From the NCBI GenBank assembly GCA_013388455.1, contig JACAFF010000022.1, forward strand, positions 41,866 to 105,865: a DNA stretch of 64,000 nucleotides, written 5' to 3'. Below the pieces are notes generated by a model. The model was given only the letters and a program-made list of their open reading frames with translations. It ran no database searches and was not told where the DNA came from. Origin of the DNA: Nitrospirota bacterium (GTDB lineage Bacteria > Nitrospirota > Thermodesulfovibrionia > Thermodesulfovibrionales > SM23-35). Both the position numbers and the translations under genes were made by a program. Position 1 is the first letter of the stretch, and the number at the start of each line of letters is the position of its first letter. Of this stretch, positions 38,174-47,142 are shown piece after piece.

Positions 38174-38306
38174 AATCTATATTACAACTCTTTGTGTTTA
38201 AAGGTATTTTCCCTGTTCTGCCTCCCTTGTAAAAAGAGTTTTAAACTATGAGAAGTCCTGGTTAATAAAATACCTTCTTCGGGTTAATAATAGTTTGATA
38301 AATATT

Positions 38307-39158
38307 TTAAAAGAATTCCTTCATTATATTATCTAACACTGACAGATCAACTGGCTGTTTGACTAATGGATTGTCTTTAATGATAGGTATTCTTTCCTCT
38401 AAAATCGGACGGCGGTTTTTATAGATTATACCTATAGGGATATGTTCTCCCCATTCAAGAGCCTTTTTAAAAGCTTCTATTCTGTTTTCAGGGTTGTATT
38501 CAGGCTCTATTTTATATATCCTTTGGTTATACCATTCATATGTATTAATTTTATTGAATGTCACACATGGTTGGAGAATATCTACAAGGGAAAAACCTTT
38601 GTGTTTAATTGCCTCTTTTATGATTTCTTTTAAATGCAGAGTATCACCTGCAAAACTTCTTGCTATAAAACTGCAGTCATTTGCAACCGCAATTGCTATA
38701 GGATTCAACTGTTCAGAAAAGACCCCGAAAGGCTGATTTTTAGTTATCATTCCTTCCAGACTTGTAGGGGATGCCTGACCTTTTGTAAGCCCGTAGATCT
38801 GGTTATCGTGCACAAAGAGTTTAACGTTTATGTTTCTTCTCATCGCATGTATAAAGTGGTTCCCACCCTCACCGTAACAGTCTCCGTCTCCTGCTACTGC
38901 TATGACAAGCATTTCATGATTTGCAAGCCTCATTCCCGTAGCAACCGGCAATGTCCTTCCATGAAGTCCGTTGAAAGTATTACATTTCAGATAGTGCGGG
39001 AATTTCCCTGCCTGTCCGATCCCTGATACAATCGTAAATTGATGAGGCTCAAGTCCAAGCTCGACCATTGCCTCTTTAAATGCTTTGAGGATGCCGAAGT
39101 TGCCACATCCCGGACACCATGCAGGTATCTGACCTTTATAATCTTCTAATACTGACAT
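38307..39158 (-). CDS. 2-oxoacid:ferredoxin oxidoreductase, beta (TPP-binding) subunit
   Basis: WCPGCGNFG, GDGD...GGNH TPP motif; overlaps the alpha-subunit gene end. Confidence 0.9.
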   Translation of the reverse strand: MSVLEDYKGQIPAWCPGCGNFGILKAFKEAMVELGLEPHQFTIVSGIGQAGKFPHYLKCNTFNGLHGRTLPVATGMRLANHEMLVIAVAGDGDCYGEGGNHFIHAMRRNINVKLFVHDNQIYGLTKGQASPTSLEGMITKNQPFGVFSEQLNPIAIAVANDCSFIARSFAGDTLHLKEIIKEAIKHKGFSLVDILQPCVTFNKINTYEWYNQRIYKIEPEYNPENRIEAFKKALEWGEHIPIGIIYKNRRPILEERIPIIKDNPLVKQPVDLSVLDNIMKEFF

Positions 39159-40863
39159 CTAACTCTCTTAAAAGTCCTTCAACAGTAAATGGCCTTCCGT
39201 CATATTTATTAATATGTGCCTTGAATTCATAGCCCATCTCTGCTTTCATAAGACGTGCAAATTGTCGAGTTGCATTCTGTTCAATACAAACGGTCATCTC
39301 TGCATTCTTCAGCAAAGTCAAATAATCAAATACTGTTGCAGGGAAAGGATAAATTTCACTAAAATGAAGCATCGCTATCTCTTTATTTTTCGAAAGAATA
39401 TCGACCACCTCTTTCATGACTCCAAATGTAGAGCCCCATCCTGCAATAATCAGGCGGGGCTTACTGTCACCATAAAGCACAGGAGGACTAATATCTTTTC
39501 TTATATGAGGCAGTTTATTGAAAAGCCTTTTCTGCACCATCTTTATTCGCTTCTCTGCATCTTCTATAATATGACCATCCTCATCATGCTCATCGCTGTC
39601 TGTGACTATTAATGATTTAGAAACTCCAGGAACTCCGAGAGGCGACACCCCTGTTTCTGTAAAGGCATGCCTTTTGTAGTTGTTAAAATTTTTCAATTCT
39701 TCTTCTCTGAGTCTATAGTCTTTATAAAAAATTCTGCTCATATCAAAAGCATCGAAAGTCCATCCAGAATCAGCCAGATATTGGTCAAACAATATAAAGG
39801 CAGGAATCTGATATTTCTCAGCCATATCGAATGCTTTATTAGTAAGATAAAATGCCTGTTCAGGTGTTCCAGGGGCAAAAATAACACGGGGAAATTCCCC
39901 ATGTGCAGCGTGGATTGTGAAAAGTAAATCAGACTGCTCTGTTCTCGTTGGAAGACCTGTAGCTGGAGCTGGTCTTTGCCCGAGTGCAATAACAACAGGG
40001 GTCTCAGTCATCCCAGCCAGAGATAGCCCTTCTACCATGAGAGCAAATCCTCCACCAGCAGTTCCGGTCATTGCTCTTACGCCTGCGAATGATGCACCTA
40101 TGGCCATATTGATAGCTGCGATCTCATCCTCAGCCTGTTCAACAATAATCCCATACTCTTTCTCTTTTCCTGCAAGATAATTCATTATTCCTGTAGAAGG
40201 TGTCATAGGATATGCAGAATAAAATTTGCATCCAGATGCAATCGCACCGAGTCCTATAGCTTCAATACCATTTATAAGCATCTTCTTCCCTGATAAAGGT
40301 GCTGGTATAAGAGAACAATGGAGACAGTTTTTCACTGCATAGTCATATCCTGCTTGTGCTGATTTAATATTTGCATTAATGACCCCCTCACCTTTCTTTT
40401 TGAAAGTATCTTTTATGATCGCATTAAGGATATCGAGTTCCATCTTAAGCATTCCAAGGACAGCGCCGGTTGCAACAGTATTTGCCATAATCTTGCTGCT
40501 ACCGTGCTCAATAGCAAGCTTTGTGAATGGGACATCAAGATAAAATCCCTTTCCTTCTCTTTTTACTTCTCCTATAGCAGATGAATCATTAATGATCTGG
40601 CCATTATCTACGACTTCAAAAGCATGCTGTTCTATACTTGCTCTATCGAGAGCAATGAGTATATGAACATTTTCGCTGATAGCAGTGACCGGGGTGTTTG
40701 AAATCCTTATCTGGTAGAAATTGTGACCTCCCCGTATTCTTGATTCATAATCCTGGCTGGTTAAGACATTGTATCCCGAACGTGAAAATACCTTTGCGAG
40801 TGTATCTCCAATGGTCTGGATACCCTGTCCTGCCTCACCGCCTATCTTGATTGAATAGTCCAC
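39136..40863 (-). CDS. 2-oxoacid:ferredoxin oxidoreductase, fused gamma-alpha subunit
   Basis: 575 aa; N-terminal gamma-type domain (GGEAGQGIQT), then alpha domain (YPMTPST, GASFAG.RAMT.T). Confidence 0.9.
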   Translation of the reverse strand: MDYSIKIGGEAGQGIQTIGDTLAKVFSRSGYNVLTSQDYESRIRGGHNFYQIRISNTPVTAISENVHILIALDRASIEQHAFEVVDNGQIINDSSAIGEVKREGKGFYLDVPFTKLAIEHGSSKIMANTVATGAVLGMLKMELDILNAIIKDTFKKKGEGVINANIKSAQAGYDYAVKNCLHCSLIPAPLSGKKMLINGIEAIGLGAIASGCKFYSAYPMTPSTGIMNYLAGKEKEYGIIVEQAEDEIAAINMAIGASFAGVRAMTGTAGGGFALMVEGLSLAGMTETPVVIALGQRPAPATGLPTRTEQSDLLFTIHAAHGEFPRVIFAPGTPEQAFYLTNKAFDMAEKYQIPAFILFDQYLADSGWTFDAFDMSRIFYKDYRLREEELKNFNNYKRHAFTETGVSPLGVPGVSKSLIVTDSDEHDEDGHIIEDAEKRIKMVQKRLFNKLPHIRKDISPPVLYGDSKPRLIIAGWGSTFGVMKEVVDILSKNKEIAMLHFSEIYPFPATVFDYLTLLKNAEMTVCIEQNATRQFARLMKAEMGYEFKAHINKYDGRPFTVEGLLRELDVSIRRL

Positions 40864-40878
40864 TTTTATGTATTCGAC

Positions 40879-41346
40879 TTAAACAAAGCTTTTTCTTAAA
40901 TTATTCAACCAAACAATATGGCTTTTCTCTTCATTGATAATTTTATCCAGAATCTCTTTTTCCCCAGTTGTTTCTTTCAACGCATAATAATAAAGTAACG
41001 TCTCGCGTTCAAAACAGAGAGCAAAATCAATAGCCTCTCGTGCAGATTTTACATGTTCAAGTGAAGGCAGACATTTATCTTTTCCAAGAAAGAATTCAGA
41101 ATCAATGATAGCTCTTAGATAAAGTTTGATCTCATCCCATCCTTCAGGCTCTTCGTCGTTTATCTTATTTAGCAAATCGGAAAAACTCCTACCATGTTTT
41201 GTCTCATGTGCTGCAAGTAACTCGAAGAGTTTTTTCAATTCGCTATTATCCTTGAATTTTTCTGCCATGAGTGTATAAAACTCATAACCTAACTTTTCTG
41301 TCTGAATAGCCTGTTCAACAACCTCTCTTATTGAAAATTTCACCAT
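40879..41346 (-). CDS. ferritin-like/rubrerythrin-family diiron protein (no rubredoxin domain)
   Basis: Two E...E..H pairs (EKLGYEFY...HETKH; ERETLLYY...EEKSH); GGAGGA RBS before the ATG at 41346. Confidence 0.7.
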   Translation of the reverse strand: MVKFSIREVVEQAIQTEKLGYEFYTLMAEKFKDNSELKKLFELLAAHETKHGRSFSDLLNKINDEEPEGWDEIKLYLRAIIDSEFFLGKDKCLPSLEHVKSAREAIDFALCFERETLLYYYALKETTGEKEILDKIINEEKSHIVWLNNLRKSFV

Positions 41347-41390
41347 CGTATATCCTCCATTCAATTTATTCGTTAAAACTATATATATTT

Positions 41391-41729
41391 CTAAATTACA
41401 TCTTTAATATCTTTAATAGAAATACTATGACTATCAATAAGGTAACCCAGAAGACTAAGACCTCCGCAAGGTTTTGCATCTGTCTTTTTCACAAAAAAGT
41501 CACAGTCTTCTTGAGAGAAGGGACAAATTGCACAGATAGTCTGAATTAATTCTTCATCTATTATACTGTCTGCCTTGTGCTGGAAATCTTTAAAATAAAT
41601 CTCTATTCCTTTATTTATTAATCTCTCTATAATTGTAAAGCCAAAACATTCAAGTTCTTCATTCTTGTTAGGTTTATAATAATGACAGTAACGAAGACAT
41701 ATTGTCTTGTCTAAATCAATTGCTTTCAT
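41391..41729 (-). CDS. Cys-rich hypothetical protein (112 aa)
   Basis: CLRYCHYY...C and CAICPF...C....C motifs; sits between the pseudo-kinase and the ferritin-like/OFOR genes on the same strand. Confidence 0.5.
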   Translation of the reverse strand: MKAIDLDKTICLRYCHYYKPNKNEELECFGFTIIERLINKGIEIYFKDFQHKADSIIDEELIQTICAICPFSQEDCDFFVKKTDAKPCGGLSLLGYLIDSHSISIKDIKDVI

Positions 41730-41735
41730 GTTTCT

Positions 41736-43925
41736 TCAAACCTGTTTAAACTGCTCGTTAATTTTTCCATTATCTTCAATTTTTAAAACAAGGCTGTTCC
41801 GCTCAGCAGATACTGATATTTTTACCTCATTTACAGTAGTATATTTAGCAAGATTTAGCAGCGCATCCTGTATAAAATGATATGCAATATTTTCTGCCTC
41901 TGCAGGAAAAGGAATATCTAATCCCTCATGTTTAAAATTAACATTCACATTTGTCATTCTTGAATACTGGTTTAGATACCATTTAAAAGCAGAAATCAAA
42001 CCAATTTTATCAAGCATTGGCTGGTATAGCTTTAGTGATATATCCTTAATATTACCAAGGAGATTTTCAATAATTGATAAAGCTTTGTTCAGATTTTCAG
42101 TAATATTTATGTGAGCCTGCGATTTCATTTCTTCTAAAGATACCTTAAGAACATTCAGATAACTACCAATTTTTTCATCGATTTCAGCAGATAGGGATTC
42201 CCTCTCTTTTTGCATTTCTAACCAATGTTCTGTCAGCGCTTGCAATCGCCTGGCATATTGCTGGATTGTTGCCTCATCAAGTTTATGATATGTTATGTCA
42301 CGTATGATTTTTAGAGTAACATCCTTTCCTCTCACTCTGGCAAGAGATTGTGAAACTTCTACAGGAAATTTTGTACCATCTTTTTTTACAGCAAGAAACT
42401 CCACAGCCTCTTCAATAGATGCCCATTCCCAATATTTCCTGAATGGTTCAAGTCGGCTCTTTGTAACTTCAGGATATTCCTGTAATGAGAGCAACTGCTG
42501 AAAATCTTTACCAACAGCCTCATGCGTAGAGTAGCCAAACATATTTTCTGCTGCGGGATTCCAGAATAATATTTTCTGTTCATCATCTATTAGAATAATC
42601 GCATCCTTTGAAGCAAATGTGATCATATGTAACTTTTCTTCACTCTCTTTTAGGGCTTTTTCTGTTTGTTTATGTTCAAGTATTTCAACTTCGAGTTCTT
42701 CAATCAACGTTCTGAGTTGTGATGTTCTATCGATAACCCTCTGTTCAAGTTCCTTATTTAATTTTTCTATCTCTTCTGAGGCTTTCTTCAGTTCAGTAAT
42801 GTCAATATTTATACCGAGTATGCGATCAGGCTCTCCGTTTTGATTACAGAAAATATTACATCTTGAACTGACCCAACGTATTGTTCGATCTGACGTTATT
42901 ATTCTGAATTCAATGTCACAATCTTCTCTTTTTTCTCTCATAGTTCTCCATGTATTTTCAACAGAAGGTCGGTCATCAGGATGAATTGTCTCAAGCAGGC
43001 TTTTATAGTCTCCTTGAAAACCACGTGATCTCATGGAATAAAGATGTTCAAGTTCTTTTGAAAATGATATACGACCAGTAGGAATGTGCCATTCGAAAAT
43101 CCCGACTTTCGCAGCCTTCTGTGCAAGATCAAGCCTCTCAATTTTCTCCTTTAAGATATGTTCCATCTGTTTTCTTTCAGTAATATCTGTTACGATTGCA
43201 AAACTACCTTTAAAATTATCACTTTTATCAAAAATAGCCCGTGGGGAGACAATAGCGCATATGGTATTTCCATCTTTATGTTGCCATGTAAGTTCATAAG
43301 GGCTATTTATATTTTCTTCTTGTTTCACAAACTGCTCATTGAATATCTTTTTGTTAAAATCATCGAGAAAATCACTTACAAGCCTCCCTTCTACTTCAGA
43401 CCGAGATAAGCCGATCATTTCACATAGTTTATTATTCGCATAAGTAATAAATCTGTTTTCATCCACTACTATTAATCCTTCATTCATCATCTCAATTAGC
43501 ATTTGGTAACGCTCTTTGCTCTTCCTGAGTGCTATTTCTGCTTCTTTAATCCTCATCATCGAATGAACACGTGCAATAAGCTCCTGACCAGAAATTGGGC
43601 GAACAATATATCCGTCAGCTCCTGTCTCAAACCCTTCTATCTGATTTTCAGAAGAAGTTCTCACTCCTGAAATAAGTATTACATATGTTCCAAAAAATTC
43701 TGGATTGCTCTTAATCTCTCTGCATATGGTGATTCCGCTAATATCTGGAAGGTTTACATCGAGTAATACTAAATCAGGCCTTTCTTCTTTCAGCCTGGCA
43801 AGGCATTCAGCACCTGTAATAGCTGAAACCACTTTATAACCCGCTAATTGTAAAATACTTGAATTAATATTTAACAGGTCTGGGTCATCATCTACACAGA
43901 GAATCTTCCCCTTAGTGTTAATCAC
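41736..43925 (-). CDS. REC - 3xPAS - degenerate HisKA_3/HATPase hybrid sensor (pseudo-kinase)
   Basis: N-terminal receiver (DDDPD...DLVLLDVNLPD), repeated PAS modules with coiled-coil linkers. DHp-like segment ERESLSAEIDEKIG aligns to ER.RIARELHDEIG with His replaced. N-box LLNLAKY and DNG are present, but the protein ends before a G2 box. Confidence 0.75.
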   Translation of the reverse strand: MINTKGKILCVDDDPDLLNINSSILQLAGYKVVSAITGAECLARLKEERPDLVLLDVNLPDISGITICREIKSNPEFFGTYVILISGVRTSSENQIEGFETGADGYIVRPISGQELIARVHSMMRIKEAEIALRKSKERYQMLIEMMNEGLIVVDENRFITYANNKLCEMIGLSRSEVEGRLVSDFLDDFNKKIFNEQFVKQEENINSPYELTWQHKDGNTICAIVSPRAIFDKSDNFKGSFAIVTDITERKQMEHILKEKIERLDLAQKAAKVGIFEWHIPTGRISFSKELEHLYSMRSRGFQGDYKSLLETIHPDDRPSVENTWRTMREKREDCDIEFRIITSDRTIRWVSSRCNIFCNQNGEPDRILGINIDITELKKASEEIEKLNKELEQRVIDRTSQLRTLIEELEVEILEHKQTEKALKESEEKLHMITFASKDAIILIDDEQKILFWNPAAENMFGYSTHEAVGKDFQQLLSLQEYPEVTKSRLEPFRKYWEWASIEEAVEFLAVKKDGTKFPVEVSQSLARVRGKDVTLKIIRDITYHKLDEATIQQYARRLQALTEHWLEMQKERESLSAEIDEKIGSYLNVLKVSLEEMKSQAHINITENLNKALSIIENLLGNIKDISLKLYQPMLDKIGLISAFKWYLNQYSRMTNVNVNFKHEGLDIPFPAEAENIAYHFIQDALLNLAKYTTVNEVKISVSAERNSLVLKIEDNGKINEQFKQV

Positions 43926-44044
43926 TATCCTTTGCTCCAGTAGTTTCTTTCATTAGATACTAAAATATTCAGTTAAGTATATCATAAAAAGGTATGGAGT
44001 ATATGAGAAACAATATTCATTATGATATAAAATATATATAACTT

Positions 44045-45190
44045 ATGAAATTTTTTCTCGCTAAAGAGGCTCCTCTTAAATGGCTTGAAATACCTTCTGT
44101 GTATAACATAAAAAAAGATGACCTCTATGAGCTTGATGATGATTCCTTCACTTTTTTAATACAATGTGCCTCTGAAACTGGCTGCGACTCAGAATATACT
44201 GATTTTGTAATGTATTGTCTTAATGAGGGAATTTTAACAAGAGACAAAATAAAAATGAATTATCCACCTGTGATAAAATCTCTAATTCCTTCACTTCGGT
44301 ATCTTGAATTGCAGATAACCAACAGATGCAACCTTAGGTGTAGGCATTGTTTTATTACAGAAGGAAAATATTCAGAACTTTCCATCACACAGATAAGAAC
44401 CATCCTTAAAGAATTCGAGGAAATGCAAGGTTTGAGGGTAATGATATCCGGAGGTGAACCCCTAATTCACAGTTCATTCGAAGAAATAAATGAGATGCTT
44501 CCTGATTTTTTCATGCGAAAAGTATTATTCACAAATGGTTTATTATTTAATAAACAGATTTTAAAAAAACTTCATGTGGACGAAATCCAGATTAGTATAG
44601 ATGGCCTTGAAACATCCCATGATTTATTGAGAGGAAAAGGCACTTACAAAAATACCCTTAAGGCTTTGAAAAATGCAATTGATTGCGGATTTGAAGTCTC
44701 TGTATCAACTATGGTTCATTCCGGAAATCTCAAAGATTTTCAGAAAATGGAGAAACTCTTTAAAAGCATGGGGATAAAGGACTGGACTGTTGACATCCCC
44801 TGTGTTACCGGTAGACTTAAAGAAAATCCTGATTTATTAGTCCCTCCTGAAATAGCTGGAAAATATTTCAGATATGGTTATGGAGAAGGACTCCATAAAG
44901 GGTCAACAGGATTTGCCTGTGGCTTACATTTGATGGGTATAACATCTGATGGTAGAGTTTCAAAATGCACATTTTTTTCTGAATATTCTGTTGGAACTAT
45001 TGAAGAAGGATTAAGACAATGCTGGCAGAAAATAAAACCTATCAGACTTAATGAACTTAAATGTGATTGTGAACATATTGAATTATGTAGAGGAGGATGC
45101 AGATATAGAGCACTCCTTCTTGGAGACCTATATGGGAAAGACCTTTACAAATGTTTTTATTATGGTAAAATTAATAAATACAGGACATGA
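44045..45190 (+). CDS. radical SAM/SPASM-domain peptide-maturase-like enzyme with RRE-like N-terminal extension
   Basis: CNLRCRHCF (CxxxCxxC), GGEPL, C-terminal Cys cluster CDCEHIELCRGGCRYR; about 85 aa precede the rSAM core. Confidence 0.8.
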   Translation: MKFFLAKEAPLKWLEIPSVYNIKKDDLYELDDDSFTFLIQCASETGCDSEYTDFVMYCLNEGILTRDKIKMNYPPVIKSLIPSLRYLELQITNRCNLRCRHCFITEGKYSELSITQIRTILKEFEEMQGLRVMISGGEPLIHSSFEEINEMLPDFFMRKVLFTNGLLFNKQILKKLHVDEIQISIDGLETSHDLLRGKGTYKNTLKALKNAIDCGFEVSVSTMVHSGNLKDFQKMEKLFKSMGIKDWTVDIPCVTGRLKENPDLLVPPEIAGKYFRYGYGEGLHKGSTGFACGLHLMGITSDGRVSKCTFFSEYSVGTIEEGLRQCWQKIKPIRLNELKCDCEHIELCRGGCRYRALLLGDLYGKDLYKCFYYGKINKYRT

Positions 45191-45224
45191 AGTCCTGTTT
45201 CCTCTTTGAAAGGAGGTGTACTTT

Positions 45225-45287
45225 ATGACAATAAAAAAAGTACAAAAAGGTGTTTGTACCAATTGTAAATGTAAAAGTTCCTGCTAA
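45225..45287 (+). CDS. 20-aa Cys-rich peptide MTIKKVQKGVCTNCKCKSSC (candidate RiPP precursor; not in ORF track)
   Basis: AGGAGG at 45211-45216, 8-nt spacer, ATG at 45225, TAA at 45285; 34 nt downstream of the rSAM/SPASM stop; followed by a strong hairpin. Confidence 0.55.
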   Translation: MTIKKVQKGVCTNCKCKSSC

Positions 45288-45298
45288 GTGGTAAAATT

Positions 45299-45331
45299 AA
45301 TAGAGGCTGGACTTGAAAGTCAGCCTCTATT
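45299..45331. terminator. hairpin between convergent genes (probable bidirectional terminator)
   Basis: AATAGAGGCTG-(11 nt)-CAGCCTCTATT, perfect 11-bp stem with additional inner pairing; lies between the peptide ORF and the ferredoxin gene. Confidence 0.5.
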
Positions 45332-45342
45332 AGTATCCTTAA

Positions 45343-45528
45343 TTACTCTAAGGTTATTGCCTGAACAGGACATGTATCAGCAGCTTCCTGACAATTGCAA
45401 GTATCACATTTATCAGGACCGATTACATGAGCCTTTCCATCATCTCCTACTTTGAAAACTTGGGGGCAAATTTCCTCACAAGTTGCACATCCCTCGCATA
45501 GGTCTTCATTGATTACAGGCTTTGGCAT
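45343..45528 (-). CDS. small monocluster [4Fe-4S]/[3Fe-4S] ferredoxin
   Basis: 61 aa; CEGCATCEEICP ... CPVQAI with an extra CDTCNC pair, typical of thermophile/Desulfovibrio-type ferredoxins. Confidence 0.9.
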   Translation of the reverse strand: MPKPVINEDLCEGCATCEEICPQVFKVGDDGKAHVIGPDKCDTCNCQEAADTCPVQAITLE

Positions 45529-45666
45529 ATAAACATACCTCCTTACTTATAAAATTTAAACTAAAAAACCCTCTTATTTTAAAATTTAAGAAGGAAAAAA
45601 TCAAAACATTATAGTATAAAATCTCAAAAATTTTCTATATGTTATGCTCCAAAATAAATGTATTTT

Positions 45667-46167
45667 TTACGCCCAAGGAGTGCCACCATCAACAATACTA
45701 TGCTCTTCCCACATAAACCAGCTTCCAGTATCCGAGAGAAAAAAATATGTATTTGCAAAAATTTCATAATGTTGCTGTTCTTCCTTTACAAGCCTTTCAA
45801 AAAGCGCTCTTTCTTTCTCTGTAGTTACCTCAGCACCTGCATTCTTGTAGAATTCGACTCCTTCCTTTTCCATCTGCATAGCGATCTTAAATGCCTCAAG
45901 CTCATCTGAAGTTGCCTCGATCCTTTTAATCATCGAATCTTTCATAGTCTCAAAAATTGTTTTGATATTCCTCATAGGATTCACATCCTGGATAGTGATA
46001 TCTATTTCTCTAAAAATCTGTGAAAGCATCTGCAAGTGTCTTTTCTCATCTTCAATTATGCTCAACAACATCTTTTTCCCAACAGGATGACTTGTTTTCT
46101 CAGCTGCCTGAGTATAAAAATCTATAGCATCCTTTTCCATCTTAATGGATATCTCGATCGCATTCAT
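45667..46167 (-). CDS. ferritin-like diiron protein (rubrerythrin/erythrin-like)
   Basis: Duplicated helix pairs MEKDAIDFY...EDEKRH and MEKEGVEFY...EEQQH. Confidence 0.75.
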   Translation of the reverse strand: MNAIEISIKMEKDAIDFYTQAAEKTSHPVGKKMLLSIIEDEKRHLQMLSQIFREIDITIQDVNPMRNIKTIFETMKDSMIKRIEATSDELEAFKIAMQMEKEGVEFYKNAGAEVTTEKERALFERLVKEEQQHYEIFANTYFFLSDTGSWFMWEEHSIVDGGTPWA

Positions 46168-46398
46168 CTTCTCCTCCTCTACTTCAGATTCAAATTGTCA
46201 TAAAATAATATATAAGTAAAAAGCTTATACCCCCACCTTATGGGAGAATTTAATATATTACCCACTACCCCTTCCTGTATTAGGACAGGCGTCCCGCCTA
46301 TCTATATGCATAATCTTACCTCATAGCGGAGATATTCATCTAAAGTTTAATCTTTTTTATCAGTTGTAATCAACTTATTATTCACCTTTGTGGAAGCT

Positions 46399-47022
46399 TT
46401 ATTCGAATTTAGCAAATTCTTCAAACTTTCTCCTGAAAGACCTCGGTAGAAGACTGACTCCTTTGTTTAAAATTCCAACAGCTATAATCATAGGTATAAT
46501 CTTATCTTCTGGAATATTAAACTCCTTTTTAATACACTCTTCATCAAAACCATCCATTGGATGTGTTTCGAGTTTAAGACCTTTTGCTGCAAGCATGAGA
46601 TTCATAGCAAATAGTGCAGTATTTTTCACAGCAAAAATCTTTCTCTTCAAACTGTCCGGATCACCATATAGCGTCTTTGTCATATTTTCGTATGTCTCAC
46701 GCATCTCGGCTTTCATATATCCAAGTTCCTGCCAGCTATCAAGCACCCGACCTAAATTTTCCTCTACCCCCTGAGGGTCTGCAATCAGTATCAAAACCAC
46801 TGAGGCCTCTTCAACCTTCGGCTGATTAAACGCACATTTTCTCAACACTTTTTTTCTTTCTGGATTTTTCACAATAATCACCTTCCATGGTTGAAGGTTG
46901 AAAGAAGATGGCGAGAAATTTGCGATTTCTAAGAGTTCTCTTATAACATCATCGGATAATACCTCTTTATCATTAAAAAAATTTATTGAACGCCTTTCTT
47001 TTATTGCTTGAATAATATCCAT
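46399..47022 (-). CDS. nitroreductase-family FMN oxidoreductase
   Basis: IKERRSI..F, PSSFNLQPW motifs; AAGGAG RBS before the ATG at 47022. Confidence 0.85.
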   Translation of the reverse strand: MDIIQAIKERRSINFFNDKEVLSDDVIRELLEIANFSPSSFNLQPWKVIIVKNPERKKVLRKCAFNQPKVEEASVVLILIADPQGVEENLGRVLDSWQELGYMKAEMRETYENMTKTLYGDPDSLKRKIFAVKNTALFAMNLMLAAKGLKLETHPMDGFDEECIKKEFNIPEDKIIPMIIAVGILNKGVSLLPRSFRRKFEEFAKFE

Positions 47023-47142
47023 ATGTTTCTCCTTCATTGTCTAATATTTAATAATATCCTTTTTTAATATTAACATGGTATGCAATAATGTCAACTTTAA
47101 TACCAAATTCATATCTATTAAATCCGTTATAATAAATAAAAC

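Noticed and set aside
43990-44037. 15-codon ORF MEYMRNNIHYDIKYI upstream of the first rSAM gene, considered as an alternative precursor
   Set aside because: Lies in the promoter-like AT-rich tract with a poor RBS and no modifiable Cys; the downstream 20-aa ORF is far more convincing.
45658-45909. 83-aa plus-strand ORF
   Set aside because: Antisense to the ferritin-like gene 45667-46167, which has clear diiron motifs.
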